NCBI RefSeq assembly: GCF_006345805.1
Contig: NC_043017.1
Span: 30,504,001-30,568,000, forward strand
DNA: 64,000 nt
DNA from: Octopus sinensis
Lineage: Eukaryota
Direction: 5' to 3'
Below are positions 40,044 through 53,819 of this stretch, one piece after another. Position 1 is the first letter of the stretch. Every line of letters begins with the position of its first letter. Position numbers and translations under genes: made by a program. The notes beneath the pieces were generated by a model. That model saw only the letters and a list, made by a program, of their open reading frames with translations, had not been told where the DNA came from and searched no databases.

Positions 40044-41877
40044 TACGAAATATGCCTATACGCAAAGATAGATTCCATTGTAATGTATCAATTATCTTCA
40101 TTGACCATAATTCACAGAACGAGGAAGCATGAAAGCTACCATGTGTGGTTTGATCTAGTAGAAATGACAGCCAATCGTATCAATAAGCACACCTTAATCA
40201 TTTACAGACAAAAAAGACGAGACATCGAATAAAATGATCCGGGATCGTCTATATTAAACAAAATTAGCGAATGGTCATGGATATATGTATTGTATTCTCC
40301 AGGCTCCTCAAAAACAGTTTTCGCCAGATTAAAGAAAACCATGACTAAATTCCGTCTACATCCTGTTTCCGGTTCTTTATTATTTGCTATATCCAATGAA
40401 ATGTGCTGCTGTAATCGTTAGGACGTGGTACAAAATATACAGTGGTATTTATTCCGATTTCACGATCTGACTTCAAATGCCGCCGAGCTCCAATTTACTT
40501 CCATCGTTTCGTTGAAGATAAAGTAAGTCCCAGTTGAGCACTTGGATAATTTAATCGGCTACTCTTACCCCACCAAATTTCAGCTCTTTCACCCTTAGTG
40601 GAAAGGATTATTTGAAAAATGTTTTCCCATTTTTCACTATATATCGAGCAGACCCTCAAAATTCTTTTCTGTGCACCTGCCGTCCAACTATTCTCCACGC
40701 GACGCAAAGTAGCCAATTTAGAGACCGAGAGGGGAAGGGAGAGAAAGGGGGGGGTGATCTAGACTCAAAAGAGACACCCCTGGTAGTTGAGTACTTCACT
40801 CATAGACTTCTTCAAAGATAAAAGAAGCAGAAGATGTTGATGCTAATCTAATGCCTAGAACTATATCTAAAAGGACATACATTGCTAAATCGTTAAATAT
40901 CATTTTTTTTTCTTCTAGATTTGAAATGCCATACATAAATAAAACAGAAATGTCTGCAAAAGAATCATTTTATTGTGCATGTAATCTCGCTGACGTATAG
41001 TTACATATTGCCTTGTGACCTGTATAATACAAAAGTGTTATTTTCAATTTAACGTTGATGGAATCCATTGAAATATTCTTCGCTTTATTGTCATGTTGGT
41101 CGTTAGCATTTTAGTGTTTTCAGCAGACTGAAGTTTTCTGGATATATTTGTTTTATATCTATAAATATAGATATGTGTGTGTATGGTTGTATGATTATTT
41201 ATGTATATGTATAGAAACAAATATATAAGTATATTTATACTTTTAGTTTAAATTCTTTTATTCATGCAAAATATTTTGGCATAGAAAACAATCGCATTTT
41301 TTTTCCGTTATAGACTTAAAATTGAAGAGAAACTGCAAAACAAAACGTGATAAATATATCAGCGACATGGGCTACAGTTTTTAAAAATGTGATTTATTTA
41401 GATTTTATTTGGAAAAATATAACTCCTACATACTATTGTTTTGTCTCCTAGTTTTCTTTACCAATTCCCGAAATTGCATTGAATTAAACTCAGTACAAAG
41501 ACAAAGAGAGACATATACTTATGCATTATGTTGCCATTAAAAACATGAGATATTTGAATGTTTTTTCGGAAAAAAAAATTGCCAAGGGATTTTTCGTCGT
41601 GTTTCATGATGTATGTTTCTTTGTATGTTACATATATTTAAAACCACGACAAATATATGTTTCAAAATAAATTTTTAAAAAAACCAAGCGTATTTGAAAT
41701 TATATTATATTATCTTTCCTCCAAGCTGAACAAAGAAGTGGATAAAAGGCGACATTTATTTTGTATATTGTTACATTTCTGTGTCTCACTTCCACTGCTT
41801 TATTTCTAACTCAACGCAGTTTCTTGGTATTTTTCTGTTTTAACCTTCTCCTCACAAATGTACGCTATTCTACATTA

Positions 41878-41938
<61 letters not shown>

Positions 41939-42029
41939 ATATAAGTAAATATATGGTACACGGGCTATTCTTTACTGGAAAGCAATACTCTCGTATTGCA
42001 TAACTATTTGTATATATATATATATATAT

Positions 42030-42083
<54 letters not shown>

Positions 42084-42099
42084 ATATATATATATATAT

Positions 42100-42187
<88 letters not shown>

Positions 42188-42190
42188 TAT

Positions 42191-42604
42191 CTTTTGTCTC
42201 TCATTTGCTTGTTTCAGTCATTTGACTGCGGCCATGCTGGATCACTGCCTTTAGTCGAGCAAATCGACCCCCGGGACTTATTCTTTGTAAGCCCAGTACT
42301 TAATCTATCGGTCTCTTTTGCCGAACCGCTAGGTGACGGGGAAGTAAACACACCAGCATCGATTGTCAAGCAATGCTACGGGGACAAACACAGACATACA
42401 AACACGTACACATATATATATATATACATATACATATATACGACAGGCTTCTTTCAGTTTCCGTCTACCAAATCCACTCACAAGGCATTGGTCGGCTCGG
42501 GGCTATAGCAGAAGACACTTGCCCAAGATGCCATGCAGTGGGACTGAACCCGGAAACATGTGGCTGGTTAGCAAGCTACTTACCACACAGCCACTCCTGC
42601 GCCT
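42191..42604 (-). mobile_element. SINE group A
   Basis: Collinear with 607-1074. Confidence 0.9.
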
Positions 42605-43199
42605 ATATATATTAAACTTGTGCGTGAAGTTGATTATACCACTACCAATGTGTGACTTAGAGCTCTAATTAGATTAACATTATTCAGTCAGTTTCCAGAC
42701 ACATGGTCAGTCTAACTCTGTACGTAACAGTGTTGCAAGTTATGAGACTCAGAAAATATTTAAAACTACATTAAGATAAAAGAGGGTATGAATTAGTGGT
42801 TACTACGTACGTTTCACCCTTGCGACAATTACGATGAAGACACCGCACCGATTAATACGTAATATTGTAACATAAAAGATAATCATCTAGGAAATAGAGA
42901 ATTGTATTATCCAGTCTGGATGAAGCCGACATAAAACATCAATGGATCTTTATAACCCCTAAAAATTTACTACCACACTGCCTACGGGCTTTGTGTAGTA
43001 CATAAATGAAGTAGTTAATGCAGAGATTTTACTCTTAGTCAAAGCACTAAGGTGAATCACACCACACAGTACATGAAAAATATCTGCAATAGAACATATA
43101 TAAAATTATATTATTGTGCATCTAAATTTGTTCTCGTAAATTGCATATTCCTTTTGAACTCTATAATAGTGTCAGTTTCAATCAAACATGCATATTTAT

Positions 43200-43742
43200 A
43201 TACGTACGTACGTTTGTATGTATGTATGTATGTATGTATGTATGAATGTATGTACGTATGTACGTATGTATGTATGTATGTATGTGTGTATGTATGTATG
43301 TATGTATGTATGTGGGTATGTATGTATGTATGTATGTATGTATGTATGTGGGTATGTATGTATGTATGTAGTATGTATGTATGTATGTATGTATGTATGA
43401 ATGTATGTATGTACATATGTACGTATGTATGTATGTGGGTATGTATGTATGTATGTATGTATGTATGTATGTATGTATGTATGAATGTATGTATGTACGT
43501 ATGTACGTATGTATGTATGTGGGTATGTATGTATGTATGTATGTATGTATGTATGTATGTATGTATGTATGTATGTATGTATGAATGTATGTATGTACGT
43601 ATGTACGTATGTATGTATGTGGGTATGTATGTATGTATGTATGTATGTATGTATGTATGTATGTATGTATGTATGTATGTATGTATGTATGTATGTATGT
43701 ATGTATGTATGTATGTATGTATGTATGTATGTATGTATGTAT
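43200..43742. repeat. (TATG)n tetranucleotide array
   Basis: Direct inspection; source of the 190-259 aa MYVC/HTYI ORFs. Confidence 0.97.
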
Positions 43743-44827
43743 ACACAATTGCAATGACAGTTATTGTAACAGAAATGAGCTTCGTTTGACAAAAGATCTG
43801 GAAAAGAAAGTATGATTTTTTTCTGCAATTTGTTACTTTCTTGAAATAATGTTTCCTTCTATTCATGTTAATTCCCGATGTAAAATTCAATTTTTATACA
43901 GATATAGTAGCGCAGCTTTGGCGGATTCGAGGCACCGTTCTTCAAACTGGATTGCCATTCATCAATGGTGTACGACTAGTAACTATAATGACTTGTACTG
44001 AAGTGGCATGCCATAAGGGATGTTGGGAGCATGTGCAATGGAAAGACGATGGAAATAATTGTCTCTATTATGCCTAATGCTTACATAGCTCGCATAGAAC
44101 ATAAATGATTTCACCTATTCTTCTACTCGTCATAGTTTCGTTGAATCCAAATTTCTGGGTAGCATAAGATATGTTTTTACTTTTATTAACTGTTTGTGAA
44201 GGGGATAGTTGTGGGCTATGGAGATTTGGAAGATTACATTCTTTAATTGACATCCTCGTTCTTGTTAGCTACAGTGTTGACTATATTCAAGCATCAAGAT
44301 TGATATGTTAACAGTTGAATTATATTAGCTTTAATATCCGGCAAAATATTCTTATAAACAAGGATCACCCGATCCCTAACTAATCATTGAAAATCCCTAA
44401 CTATTTCTATAAGTATATGAGAAAATGGAATATACTCTTTAAAAGCAAATCTTGTGATATGTTGATACGTCCTCATACATTCGCTGCGGGACGTATCTGG
44501 GCTCTCAGTGATATATGATAAATAATATTGCACGTCTGAAGTGAACTACTTTATACTACGGACACTAATCGTCACTATGAAGTGTATTACACGTGTATGT
44601 CAAATTTTAATTATTTTTGCTGATCTCGAAAAGGTATTTTTCAATCAAACATACACTCAGTTCATGTTCTATAAAATTATGAATAGCAGATATTTAATTA
44701 CAGTAACACTGATCAGAAGTTTGGAAGTAATTCGGTTACTGGATCCAGTATGATATCTGCTGATGTGGCTTTGTATACTTAATGCATAATAATTCAATTG
44801 GCTGAACTTCCTTGACATTGCAATTAC

Positions 44828-44908
44828 CTGAAACTCATTGAAGCTTAAATCACCAACATCAAATCTCTGGAAGAGGATTTTCATACTCCATATGTCCAAA
44901 ATTCTGAT
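44828..44908 (-). CDS. Possible isolated 81-nt exon, unknown product
   Basis: Bounded by ttttttgatacag| and CAG|gtaatt, length a multiple of 3, phase-0 frame open (IRILDIWSMKILFQRFDVGDLSFNEFQ). No partner exon or homology recognised. Confidence 0.18.
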
Positions 44909-46539
44909 CTGTATCAAAAAATTTACACCTTAACTTTACAAAAGGAAAAAGATGTAGCTTGATCAACCGTATTTATGTTGCACTTCCCTTTACATACACC
45001 CATGTACACCCACCCACCCACACACATACTCACACACACACATTCACAGACACACACACGGAACACATACATATGTCCCTTGACATCTGTACTAAATCGC
45101 AATTATATTTTTTTAAAAATTTGATTACTTTCTAAAATAATGAAATATGTCAGAGAAAAAATTGCCCTCCACTGTCCTTGTCGAAATTGTTGCCGTTACC
45201 ATTAAATTAATCCTCGGTCAAAGAGCTTTAGGCCAAAAGACGTTCCGGTCATGACGATCCTGTTTTATTTTCGATGCACGAAATATCTCGGACTAGTTTA
45301 CCAATGCATTAATAATATCTCAAGACAAAATTTCAGGAACTTTTGTCTGCTGTTTTAAAAATGTCAGCCTGTTTATTGGCTTTCCAGGGATTTATCTTGA
45401 GGCGCATCGCTCCCTGTTTCCCCAATACCATTCTAAATAATATAAAATAACTTTGCTTCTACAAAATTTGAGCTTCATTTGAGTTGTGACTCATTACAGA
45501 CTAAAGTGATTCTGATTAAAAGCGGAAATATGTAATGGTTTAAGAATTAGATTCGATATATTTGAGAACAAAGTTCTGTATTAGTGAATGTCTTCCGTTC
45601 CAGCAGCTCTCTCGAAATTTTTGTCACGGTTCATGGTGTATAATATGAAATGTGCGTTTTAGAATATATTCCTATAAACATTATCAAACATATCCGACCA
45701 ACAAACTCTTTTTGTACACTTTACGAAATTAACCATGAGCAAAACGTTTCAACCGTAAAGATAATTGTTTTATCTAATATATGCTATATAATTTGTGTGT
45801 CTACATTGTATCACATGCTCCAGCCATTGTTTTTATTGGACAATTTATATAATTTATAGGATAATATACAAATGTGTAGCCATTAGGGTTGCGTCTATAT
45901 GTTCACGCGAAAATCGCACTGTCATGCGTTCAAAAACGTTTTAGTCCTATGTAAAATATGTCTGAAAAACTAGTGAATAGCCAAACTGCAGTGTGTTTCA
46001 ATATAAGAGTCCTACATCGTGGCTGACTGGATTTCAAATATAACAACACTAGGGACAACTATAATGGATGAGCCGAGGTGATCGCTAGAAATACAAGAAA
46101 ATGTAGCTAAACATTTGCCAAAATACTCACCACCCTTTTATGAAAAGAAGGATTGTTTTCATCATCTGACCATAGAGTCTTAGAAAACACAGGAATGACA
46201 GTGGATTAAAGGCGTATCATATGCAAATGGGATCTAAACGAAGCATCTCGTTTCCAAATAAGCGTAAGGAGTTCAATTTTGCTAGGATGGTGTGATCTAT
46301 TATATCGATTCGTATATTTGACTAAGTGTGGATGAAAGACGAAGATGACTTCGGAGAAAACTGAAATTAGAACGGTTGTATACTGTCGATCTAACAAGAA
46401 CGTGACAGTAGGGGGTACACCACTGTTATATAGCCCTAGGAGGCATCGAACGCCTCCTGACAGCTTCGACACATTTTATCCTGTGTCCTTATATACACAT
46501 ACGAAGGGGAGACAAACACCCCCAACCGCCGGAACTGCA

Positions 46540-46585
46540 TCTAGGGACACCGTGTTTCAGGATCATTGTCCTTCATCGGCCTAGA
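46540..46585 (-). ncRNA. Type I hammerhead ribozyme, CCGAUGA core
   Basis: UCUAGG-CCGAUGA-AGGA CAAUGA UCCU-GAA-ACAC G GUGU-C-CCUAGA: 6-bp stem I, 4-bp stem II, 4-bp stem III with a 1-nt loop, GUC triplet. Confidence 0.8.
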
Positions 46586-47520
46586 GTAGCAGACACCGGT
46601 CAGCTGGCGATATCTGTCTCGACTTCGTATTTGTATATATCTATAGTCAGTGAAGTCTATTCACTGATTATCAAAATAAGAAATATTGAGTTTCTAAATC
46701 TCTAGAAATTCTGCCACCTTTCTACCTCCAGTGAGAAAAACAAATACAATACAGACTTTTGTCGTTAAAAATCTCAGAATTTTGATGTAATATTCATATG
46801 CATTTCAGTAAGAATAAATCTAAGACGCGGCTCCAATTGTGCTGTTCAATTAAGTAACCGTGCTTAGATATAAATTTAAAATGACCTCAGAAATAATATC
46901 ATGTCCTATCTCATTGTTGCATTAAAGAAGTCAGTATCACATGGAGAGTTCTACGTAATGCTTATTGTAATTTTTCTCCAGCTGTAGAAAACACGGTTCC
47001 CCATAGTATCGTGCGCATGGGGACCTACAGTGGTGATATTTATTAGTATTTCTACAATAATACTCTTTACGTAAATAAAACAAATTATTCATGATCTTCT
47101 CATTCCAAGCGGCAATTTGTGATAAGCATCAGAAGGAAACCTTCATATGCCGTTGTCACTTTGTGCATTTTGGCTGTATGTCTTCCTAGCTACATCGGCT
47201 AAAGGCAGTTAGGGCATGAGAACTCTGGTGTTTGGTTGATTAGGCCTATACACCGATATCTATGCGAACTCTCAGCTCCAAGCAAAAACAATCGAAGCCG
47301 TTACGGCAAACCGTCTTGAGTACGGTACAAAGAAGTACCATAACACACCGTTAGTTAATGAACCCAAAATTATGAAAGGCAAATTCGATATCAGGTAACT
47401 TGAACCCAGGGTAATGGAAGGAGTACCCGAAGCAATTTTAACCCACGGTCTCCTAACCCAACCAGATGGCAACCTGTTACGGTCACCCACATATTAAATA
47501 ATACATTGTGTGTGTTTCCT

Positions 47521-47760
47521 TCGCAAGCCATGCCAGGCTCATAAGGGCCGGTTTCCGGGTTCAGTGGCGTATAAATTCTGCACCTGGATGGGACGCCAAT
47601 CCATCGCAGCGTTACTCATTTTTGCCTGCTGAGTCGACTGGGGTAACGTGAAATGAAGTGTTTTGCTCAAGAACACAACGCGTCGCCCGGTCCAGGAATC
47701 GAAACCATAATCCTACGACTATGAATCCAGCACCTTAACCACTAAGACACGTGTCTCCAC
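47521..47760 (-). mobile_element. SINE group B (central module M1 + tail T2)
   Basis: Core gacgcgttgtgttcttgagcaaaacact...aaaaatgagt as at 61060, then tail aacgctgcgatggattggcgtcccatccagg as at 4606. Confidence 0.85.
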
Positions 47761-49939
47761 AAATAACACTATCGGTAATGTAATAGAAATATAATGTCAA
47801 ATATTTGGGGGCATGAACTTTTGCCTACACTGTATGTCATTTACACCATTGAATATAATGTTGACAGGTAACAAACATATAACTTTATATTTACCCCCCA
47901 CGAAATTTACCTTCATACATAGATCAGGTTTCCCAACTATTTTTACGATTGCAGACTCCCAAATAGCAATACATTAAGCAATACATTCTTAAGTAATATC
48001 TTATTATAGGCATCTTGGGGAATCATTCCGGCAACTAATATTGAAGATTATGAATTGGACAGACTGGCTAAGAGTTATATTGTGTAATAATTTGGGAGCC
48101 TGCAATCGTAAAAATAGTTAAGAAACTTGGTCTACGTATGAGAGTCGACGTCGTAGAGTAAATGTGAAGTTATGTTGTCCTTACCTGTCAAAGCCATTGA
48201 ATAATGTAAATGAAATACATGACGGACCAGAAGTCACGCACCAAACTATTTGACATTTTTTCAAATATTATGCTGTTATTATTAGTATTTGATTTGTTAA
48301 TCAGGTACACGTACATATGTTTCATGTATCGTTATTTTATTTATTTTGAATTTTAGGAAAATTGATGCCTGTCTGATAATTCCTGAGCGTATTAAACTTA
48401 TCCTGTGCGTGAGTTTTGGCCCACGATGTATAATTGTTATGGACGGCAAAAGAAATGTCGGTTCCTTCACTGAACTTCTTTACCTTGCATGTTAACTATA
48501 TACTTCAATTTACTTTCCTCTCTAGCAATAGAGAGGAAATGAGGTAGACATATAGACAGGTAAAGCAGTAAGAAGGTGTGTTGGTTTGGCAGGGTAGGTA
48601 AGCTTGGCAGGTAAGTAAGTAGTACGTATCTAAGTAGGACCGAAGAAAGACACAAACACACAGAACACACACTCCTGTAGGACTATATGTATAGACACAC
48701 ATGTATAGAAGCAAATAGACACATAACAATAGATATTTAGACAAGGGGTAGAAGAGGTGAGGGTAACGGTTAGAAGAAGATAGATAAGTAGATTAATCGA
48801 TTACCTACATCTCTCAAATTCGATCCATCATCTTCCTCGCAGTAAGAGCTAAAAATACAAACCAAAAAAAAAAAAAATAGTATTAGATTTCATTAAAGAA
48901 ACTACAAAAATGAACCAATAGCAAAATAAATAAATGTATATAGAAATTAGTAAATAAATAAATAGATGGAATTAAAAAGTGTTTCATCACGTAAGTTTTC
49001 AGTGATTTAAGCGACATATTTGATGACTTTTCATCCTATAGCCGAAAGCGAAATCACTTAAGGAAGGACGGTTCTTGCTCTCTTCTTTGTTATTTTTTTT
49101 TCTTATTTTGGTTTATCTCTCACAAGAATTATCATCTGTCTTCCCACCTTCGACGTTCATTTTAAATAAGATGACTAAGAACGCCATTAGTGAATCGGAG
49201 TCTTTAATAGATAACAATCAATTGATGGTAACCTTCTTTGCCCTCCAGTTTATTGTCTGCCCACTTAAGCTAACCGTCCGCCGATTTAGTCCTACCCTCT
49301 CCAACACCAACACCAACACCAACACCAACACCACAATTACCATCATCACTGCAGATACCATTTCCAAGACGATCACCACCACCAAACCATTGCCTGATAA
49401 AACGACAACAAACAACATTTAAACATACAAAGTAACATAAATTTACACTTGCCATTTGCTCCCTTCCAGAAGCATTATAATTTACAATGGCAGCACGTTT
49501 AGCATTGCACCAGCCCCGCCGCCCTTTCATCGCCGCATTCTCAATCACCGTCACCTCTCTCATCAATATTAACAACACTGTCAACATCAACACATTGCAA
49601 CCATCAATGCCATAACTTGTATCAGTGATTCACCACTCCTGAGACCATCACCGCCACCAGCACATACGCCATCACCTCCAAAACGTTTATGAACCTTAGC
49701 AAAACTACTACCTCCGTCACTGTCACTTTTCATCTACAACCACGCTAGCACCGCCATCAATATTTCACACAAAATGTTTTTATCAGCGTATCTATCAAAA
49801 ACATCATGTGTGCCAACACTATCACTATTAGCATTACCACCATCGCCCTCTCACCATTCCCACCACTACTATAACCTCTACCACCATGACCACCACTACT
49901 GTATACATTCTCATTACTACCATTCATCTCCTTAATACC

Positions 49940-50410
49940 TATTTCTTTACTACCCACAAGGAGCTAAACACAGAGAGGACAAACAAGGACAGACAAACAG
50001 ATTAAGTCGATTATATCGACCCCAGTGCGTAACTGGTACTTATTTAATCGACCCCGAAAGGATGAAAGGCAAAGTCGACCTCGGCGGAATTTGAACTCAG
50101 AACGTAACGGCAGACGAAATACGGCTACGCATTTCGCCCGGCATGCTAACGTTTCTGCCAGCTCGCAGCCTTAATACCTGTTTCTTTATTACCCACAAGG
50201 GGCTAAACACAGAGGGGACAAACAAGGACAGACATAGGTATTAAGTCGATTACATCGACCCCAGTGTGTAACTGGTACTTAATTTATCGACCCCGAAAGG
50301 ATGAAAGGCAAAGTCGACCTCGGCGGAATTCGAACTCACAACGTGACGCAGACGAAATACCTCTAAGCATTTCGCCCGGCGTGCTAACGTTTCTGCCAAC
50401 TCGCAGCCTT
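49940..50410 (-). mobile_element. Head-to-tail dimer of SINE group C
   Basis: Two units of about 238 bp; ccttaatacc occurs at 49930, 50169 and 50407. Confidence 0.92.
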
Positions 50411-50868
50411 AATACCATTAGGTCCTTGACCTACATCATTGAAGCCCATATTTGCCCATATTAGACACCGAGCTGTAAAAATCTTTACGACGCCGAGCGG
50501 AATTATCAGCGGTATTTCGTTCGTCTTTAAGATCTGAGTTGAAATTCCGCCGAAGTGGAATTTACTTTTCATAGTTTCAACGTTGAAAAAATAAGCACCG
50601 ATTGGGCACTGAGGGCGATGTAATTGACTCAGATCCTCCCCAAAAAGTGCTGGCCTTGTGCCAAAAGTTGCTCCCAATATATCTTGTAGTCACGGCGATG
50701 AGGTGACAAAGTCGTAAGGATGCTGCGGGAAATGCTTAGAGGTGTTTCACTCGTCTGAACGTTACGTTGTCAGTTCAAACTCCGCCGTGGTCGACTTAAC
50801 GTTGCGCCAAAATGGGAAACCGATATTAGTAACAACAATGATCATATTATCATAAAATAACACAAGTA

Positions 50869-50918
<50 letters not shown>

Positions 50919-50930
50919 GTGTGTGTATAT

Positions 50931-51143
50931 ATGTATCTGTGTTTGTCCCCCAAACATCGCTTGACAACCGATGCTGGTGTGTTTACGTCCCCGTAACTTA
51001 GCGGTTCGGCAAAAGAGACCGATAGAATAAGTACTAGGCTAACAAATAATAAGTCCTGGGGTAGATTTGCTTGACTAAGGGAGGTGCTCCAGCATGGCCG
51101 CAGTCAAATGACTGAAACAAATAAATGAGTAAAAGAGTAAAAG
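50931..51143 (+). mobile_element. SINE group A, 3-prime half
   Basis: catcgcttgacaaccgatgctggtgtg...cagtcaaatgactgaaac. Confidence 0.9.
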
Positions 51144-52484
51144 TGTAACTTCGCTGTATTTGTGTCTCGTTATGTGGTCAATGAACCAGTTAGAAATAGC
51201 AGCCAATTTACGGTCAAATTAGACCGTAATGTATTTTAAACAACCGCATATTCGATGCTAAGATAGACCTAGACGTAGTCACACTTTTTAAGATGAAGCC
51301 GACGAGTATTTGATCGAAAGTCTGTAAACTCAGAGCTGTAAATAGCAGCAATAAAAAACAAGGAACTTTATCGAATGTCCGAAGTATTAGCACCATCAAT
51401 CATACAGTAAAACACGCACTATAACCACCACCACCAACAACAACAACAACAACGACAATAACAACACCATCATCGACAACAACAACAACAACAACAGCCT
51501 CCATTAACCAATAGTACATACAAATAGTAAAAACAATATACGTTTCTACCACCACTACCACCATCATCACCACAACAACACCGTCCATTTAAGAACTGCA
51601 GCAATTTCTCTTAAATTGGTCCCACAATTAATCTCTAAGAGGTGATGTACAGCATGACGTGTATAAAACTTTAATCTCTAACCTCTATTGACAGTTTATG
51701 TTTCTCACTATCAATGATCACCCAACGCTTGTCGATTCTCCTTCCATCCTTTCTAATTCCTTAATTTGAAATTTGGTCCATATATTCCCTTGCGGCTTTT
51801 TCCTCATTACTACGCATCTCGCGCCATCATTCACTCAATCTCTCTCCCCCTGTCTTTCTCTCTCTCTCTCTTTCTCTGTTCCCTCTCTTTCTCTCTTTCT
51901 TCTCTGTCTCCCTCACTATATTTCTCTCTCTCTATCTCTCTGTCTTTCTCACGTTTTCAGTCTGTGAATATCTCACCATATTTCTGTCACTCCATTCAGT
52001 CTTGTTTTTGTCTGCCAACTCCGTCTAAATTAATCCCACAATAACTAATAAAAGGTATTGTCATAGGTTATTCCTCTGTGATAATCTTATTGTTTTGTAA
52101 TTATGAAGAAAATAGAAGATGACCAGGACCCTCAGGATATTGGCCTCCGTTGCACTGAGTAAAGGGGATGAAGAGGGGAAGAAAAGAAGTTCCCACTTTA
52201 GACTTATGCTGCAGATTACACGTATACCACTTCTCTCAAATTTGGGAAATTCATGTTGCTCTTTATTTCATTACGTGTCCCCTATGTCTTTATTAAGATA
52301 TCAAAGATTATAGGCACGATAAAAGTTATAAATAATCAGCTAAATATGTAGCTACGAGTTTCTTTATTTTGTTTTATTTTTGTAGCAGATTTTGTTCTTT
52401 GTTTTTTAAATGTCCGATGGTTTTCATTTATGTGTTTATTTAACAGTTTCCATTTCACATTTCCAAACAAATATTGGTTTCAAA

Positions 52485-52690
52485 CTTTGGCACAAGGCCA
52501 GCAGTTTAGGTGAAGGGTGTACGTTGATTACATAAACCCCAGTGTCCAACTGGTACTTATTTTATCGACCCTGAAAGGATTGAATGGCAAAGCCGCCCTC
52601 GGGTGAATTTGACCTGAGAGCGTAAAAACGGACAGAATACCTCTAAGAATTTTGTCCGGCATGCTGGCCATCCTGCCAGTTCACCACCTT
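52485..52690 (-). mobile_element. SINE group C, degenerate
   Basis: ctggtacttattttatcgaccctgaaaggattgaatggcaaag matches group C. Confidence 0.75.
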
Positions 52691-52841
52691 ATCTCCAAAG
52701 AAACATTACCACTTTTTTGGTGCGTCACCTTTATTCTTCAGCTTCTTCCTTATTCACTGTTAGAAAATATTTCCTGATTACCATTTTTTAATACAAGAGT
52801 GACATTAACTAACCCATCTCTCTCTCCCTCTCTTACCTCTC

Positions 52842-52881
<40 letters not shown>

Positions 52882-53001
52882 TGCTCTTCTGACGAAGGTT
52901 TCAGCCCTAAACGCTATACTTCCATTATCTGAAACAATTGTGTTACTATGTGCTTGATGTAAAACAACAATAGTTTACAAGTGTTCAAACATAATACTAA
53001 A

Positions 53002-53352
53002 CTAGCAGTATCGCCCGGCGTTGCTCGGGTTTGTAAGAGAAATAACTATAAAGCATTTTTAGAGAGTTATAGCCAAAATATAGCCAAAAAATGCATTAAA
53101 AATGGAAAAAATGTGATGGTAAATTTTTTGTTAAATCCTTGACTCATCTTAGACATTTTTTAGAGAATTACTTCCCTTTAAAAAAATATGCATTAAAATG
53201 GAAAACAATGATGGTAAATTATTTTTAAAATCGTAGACTCATCGTAGACGCGCGCTAATACCCAGAAGGGCTTGATATGAATCACGACTATAAGATACCC
53301 GGAATCTAAATCGGAGTAGACAGACACACAACCTTACTTTTATATATAAAGA
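53002..53352 (-). mobile_element. Non-autonomous Helitron
   Basis: A|TC...CTAG|T on the minus strand with a cccgagcaacgccggg hairpin; same family as 6222-6616 with an internal deletion. Confidence 0.9.
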
Positions 53353-53819
53353 TATCGCATCCTAACATAATCCCTTTGCTTTACATATTACGTTTAAGTA
53401 CATCGAGGGTCAATAAAACTGTATGATATTCTTACTAGACTTCAGATAATTTACAACCCCGATAAAGAAAACAAAACGGTGTTGTTTTTTTTTTTTACTT
53501 TTTGTGCTGGTATTTTTTCAGTCTTCCAGGATTCGATAAAAGAAAGATATATCAAGGAATAGGGAAGATCTGTTACAATCCTTTTACCGTATGTTAACTT
53601 TTGCAAATATGAGAGATAATTCATGATGCTGGAAGCGGATAACAACGTTCAGTTACATATGTTTGGTTTCTGATTTTGAATAAATTGCTTTTTACGAAAT
53701 TCTACCTGAGCACACGCCATGCAATGAATAGTTGAAGAATCTTATTTTAGCCATAATCTGCCGCATTAAAAAAAAAAAGTTCCTATAGGTCTTGCAATAA
53801 TTATTGTTGATACTTATAA

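Noticed and set aside
43052-43890. Longest ORFs in the track (190-259 aa MYVC/HTYI repeats), and similar ones at 3.6, 20, 33.5, 37 and 42 kb
   Set aside because: Stop-free translations of (TATG)n, (CATA)n and (TA)n.
46395-46440. UAACAGUGG hairpin considered as a twister ribozyme or H/ACA box
   Set aside because: No twister pseudoknot residues and no ANANNA hinge; the match at 9.9 kb does not extend.
52884-52920. CUGACGA-AGGUUUCAGCCCU-AAAC hammerhead-like string
   Set aside because: G12 is missing and there is no stem I or III; at most a relic.
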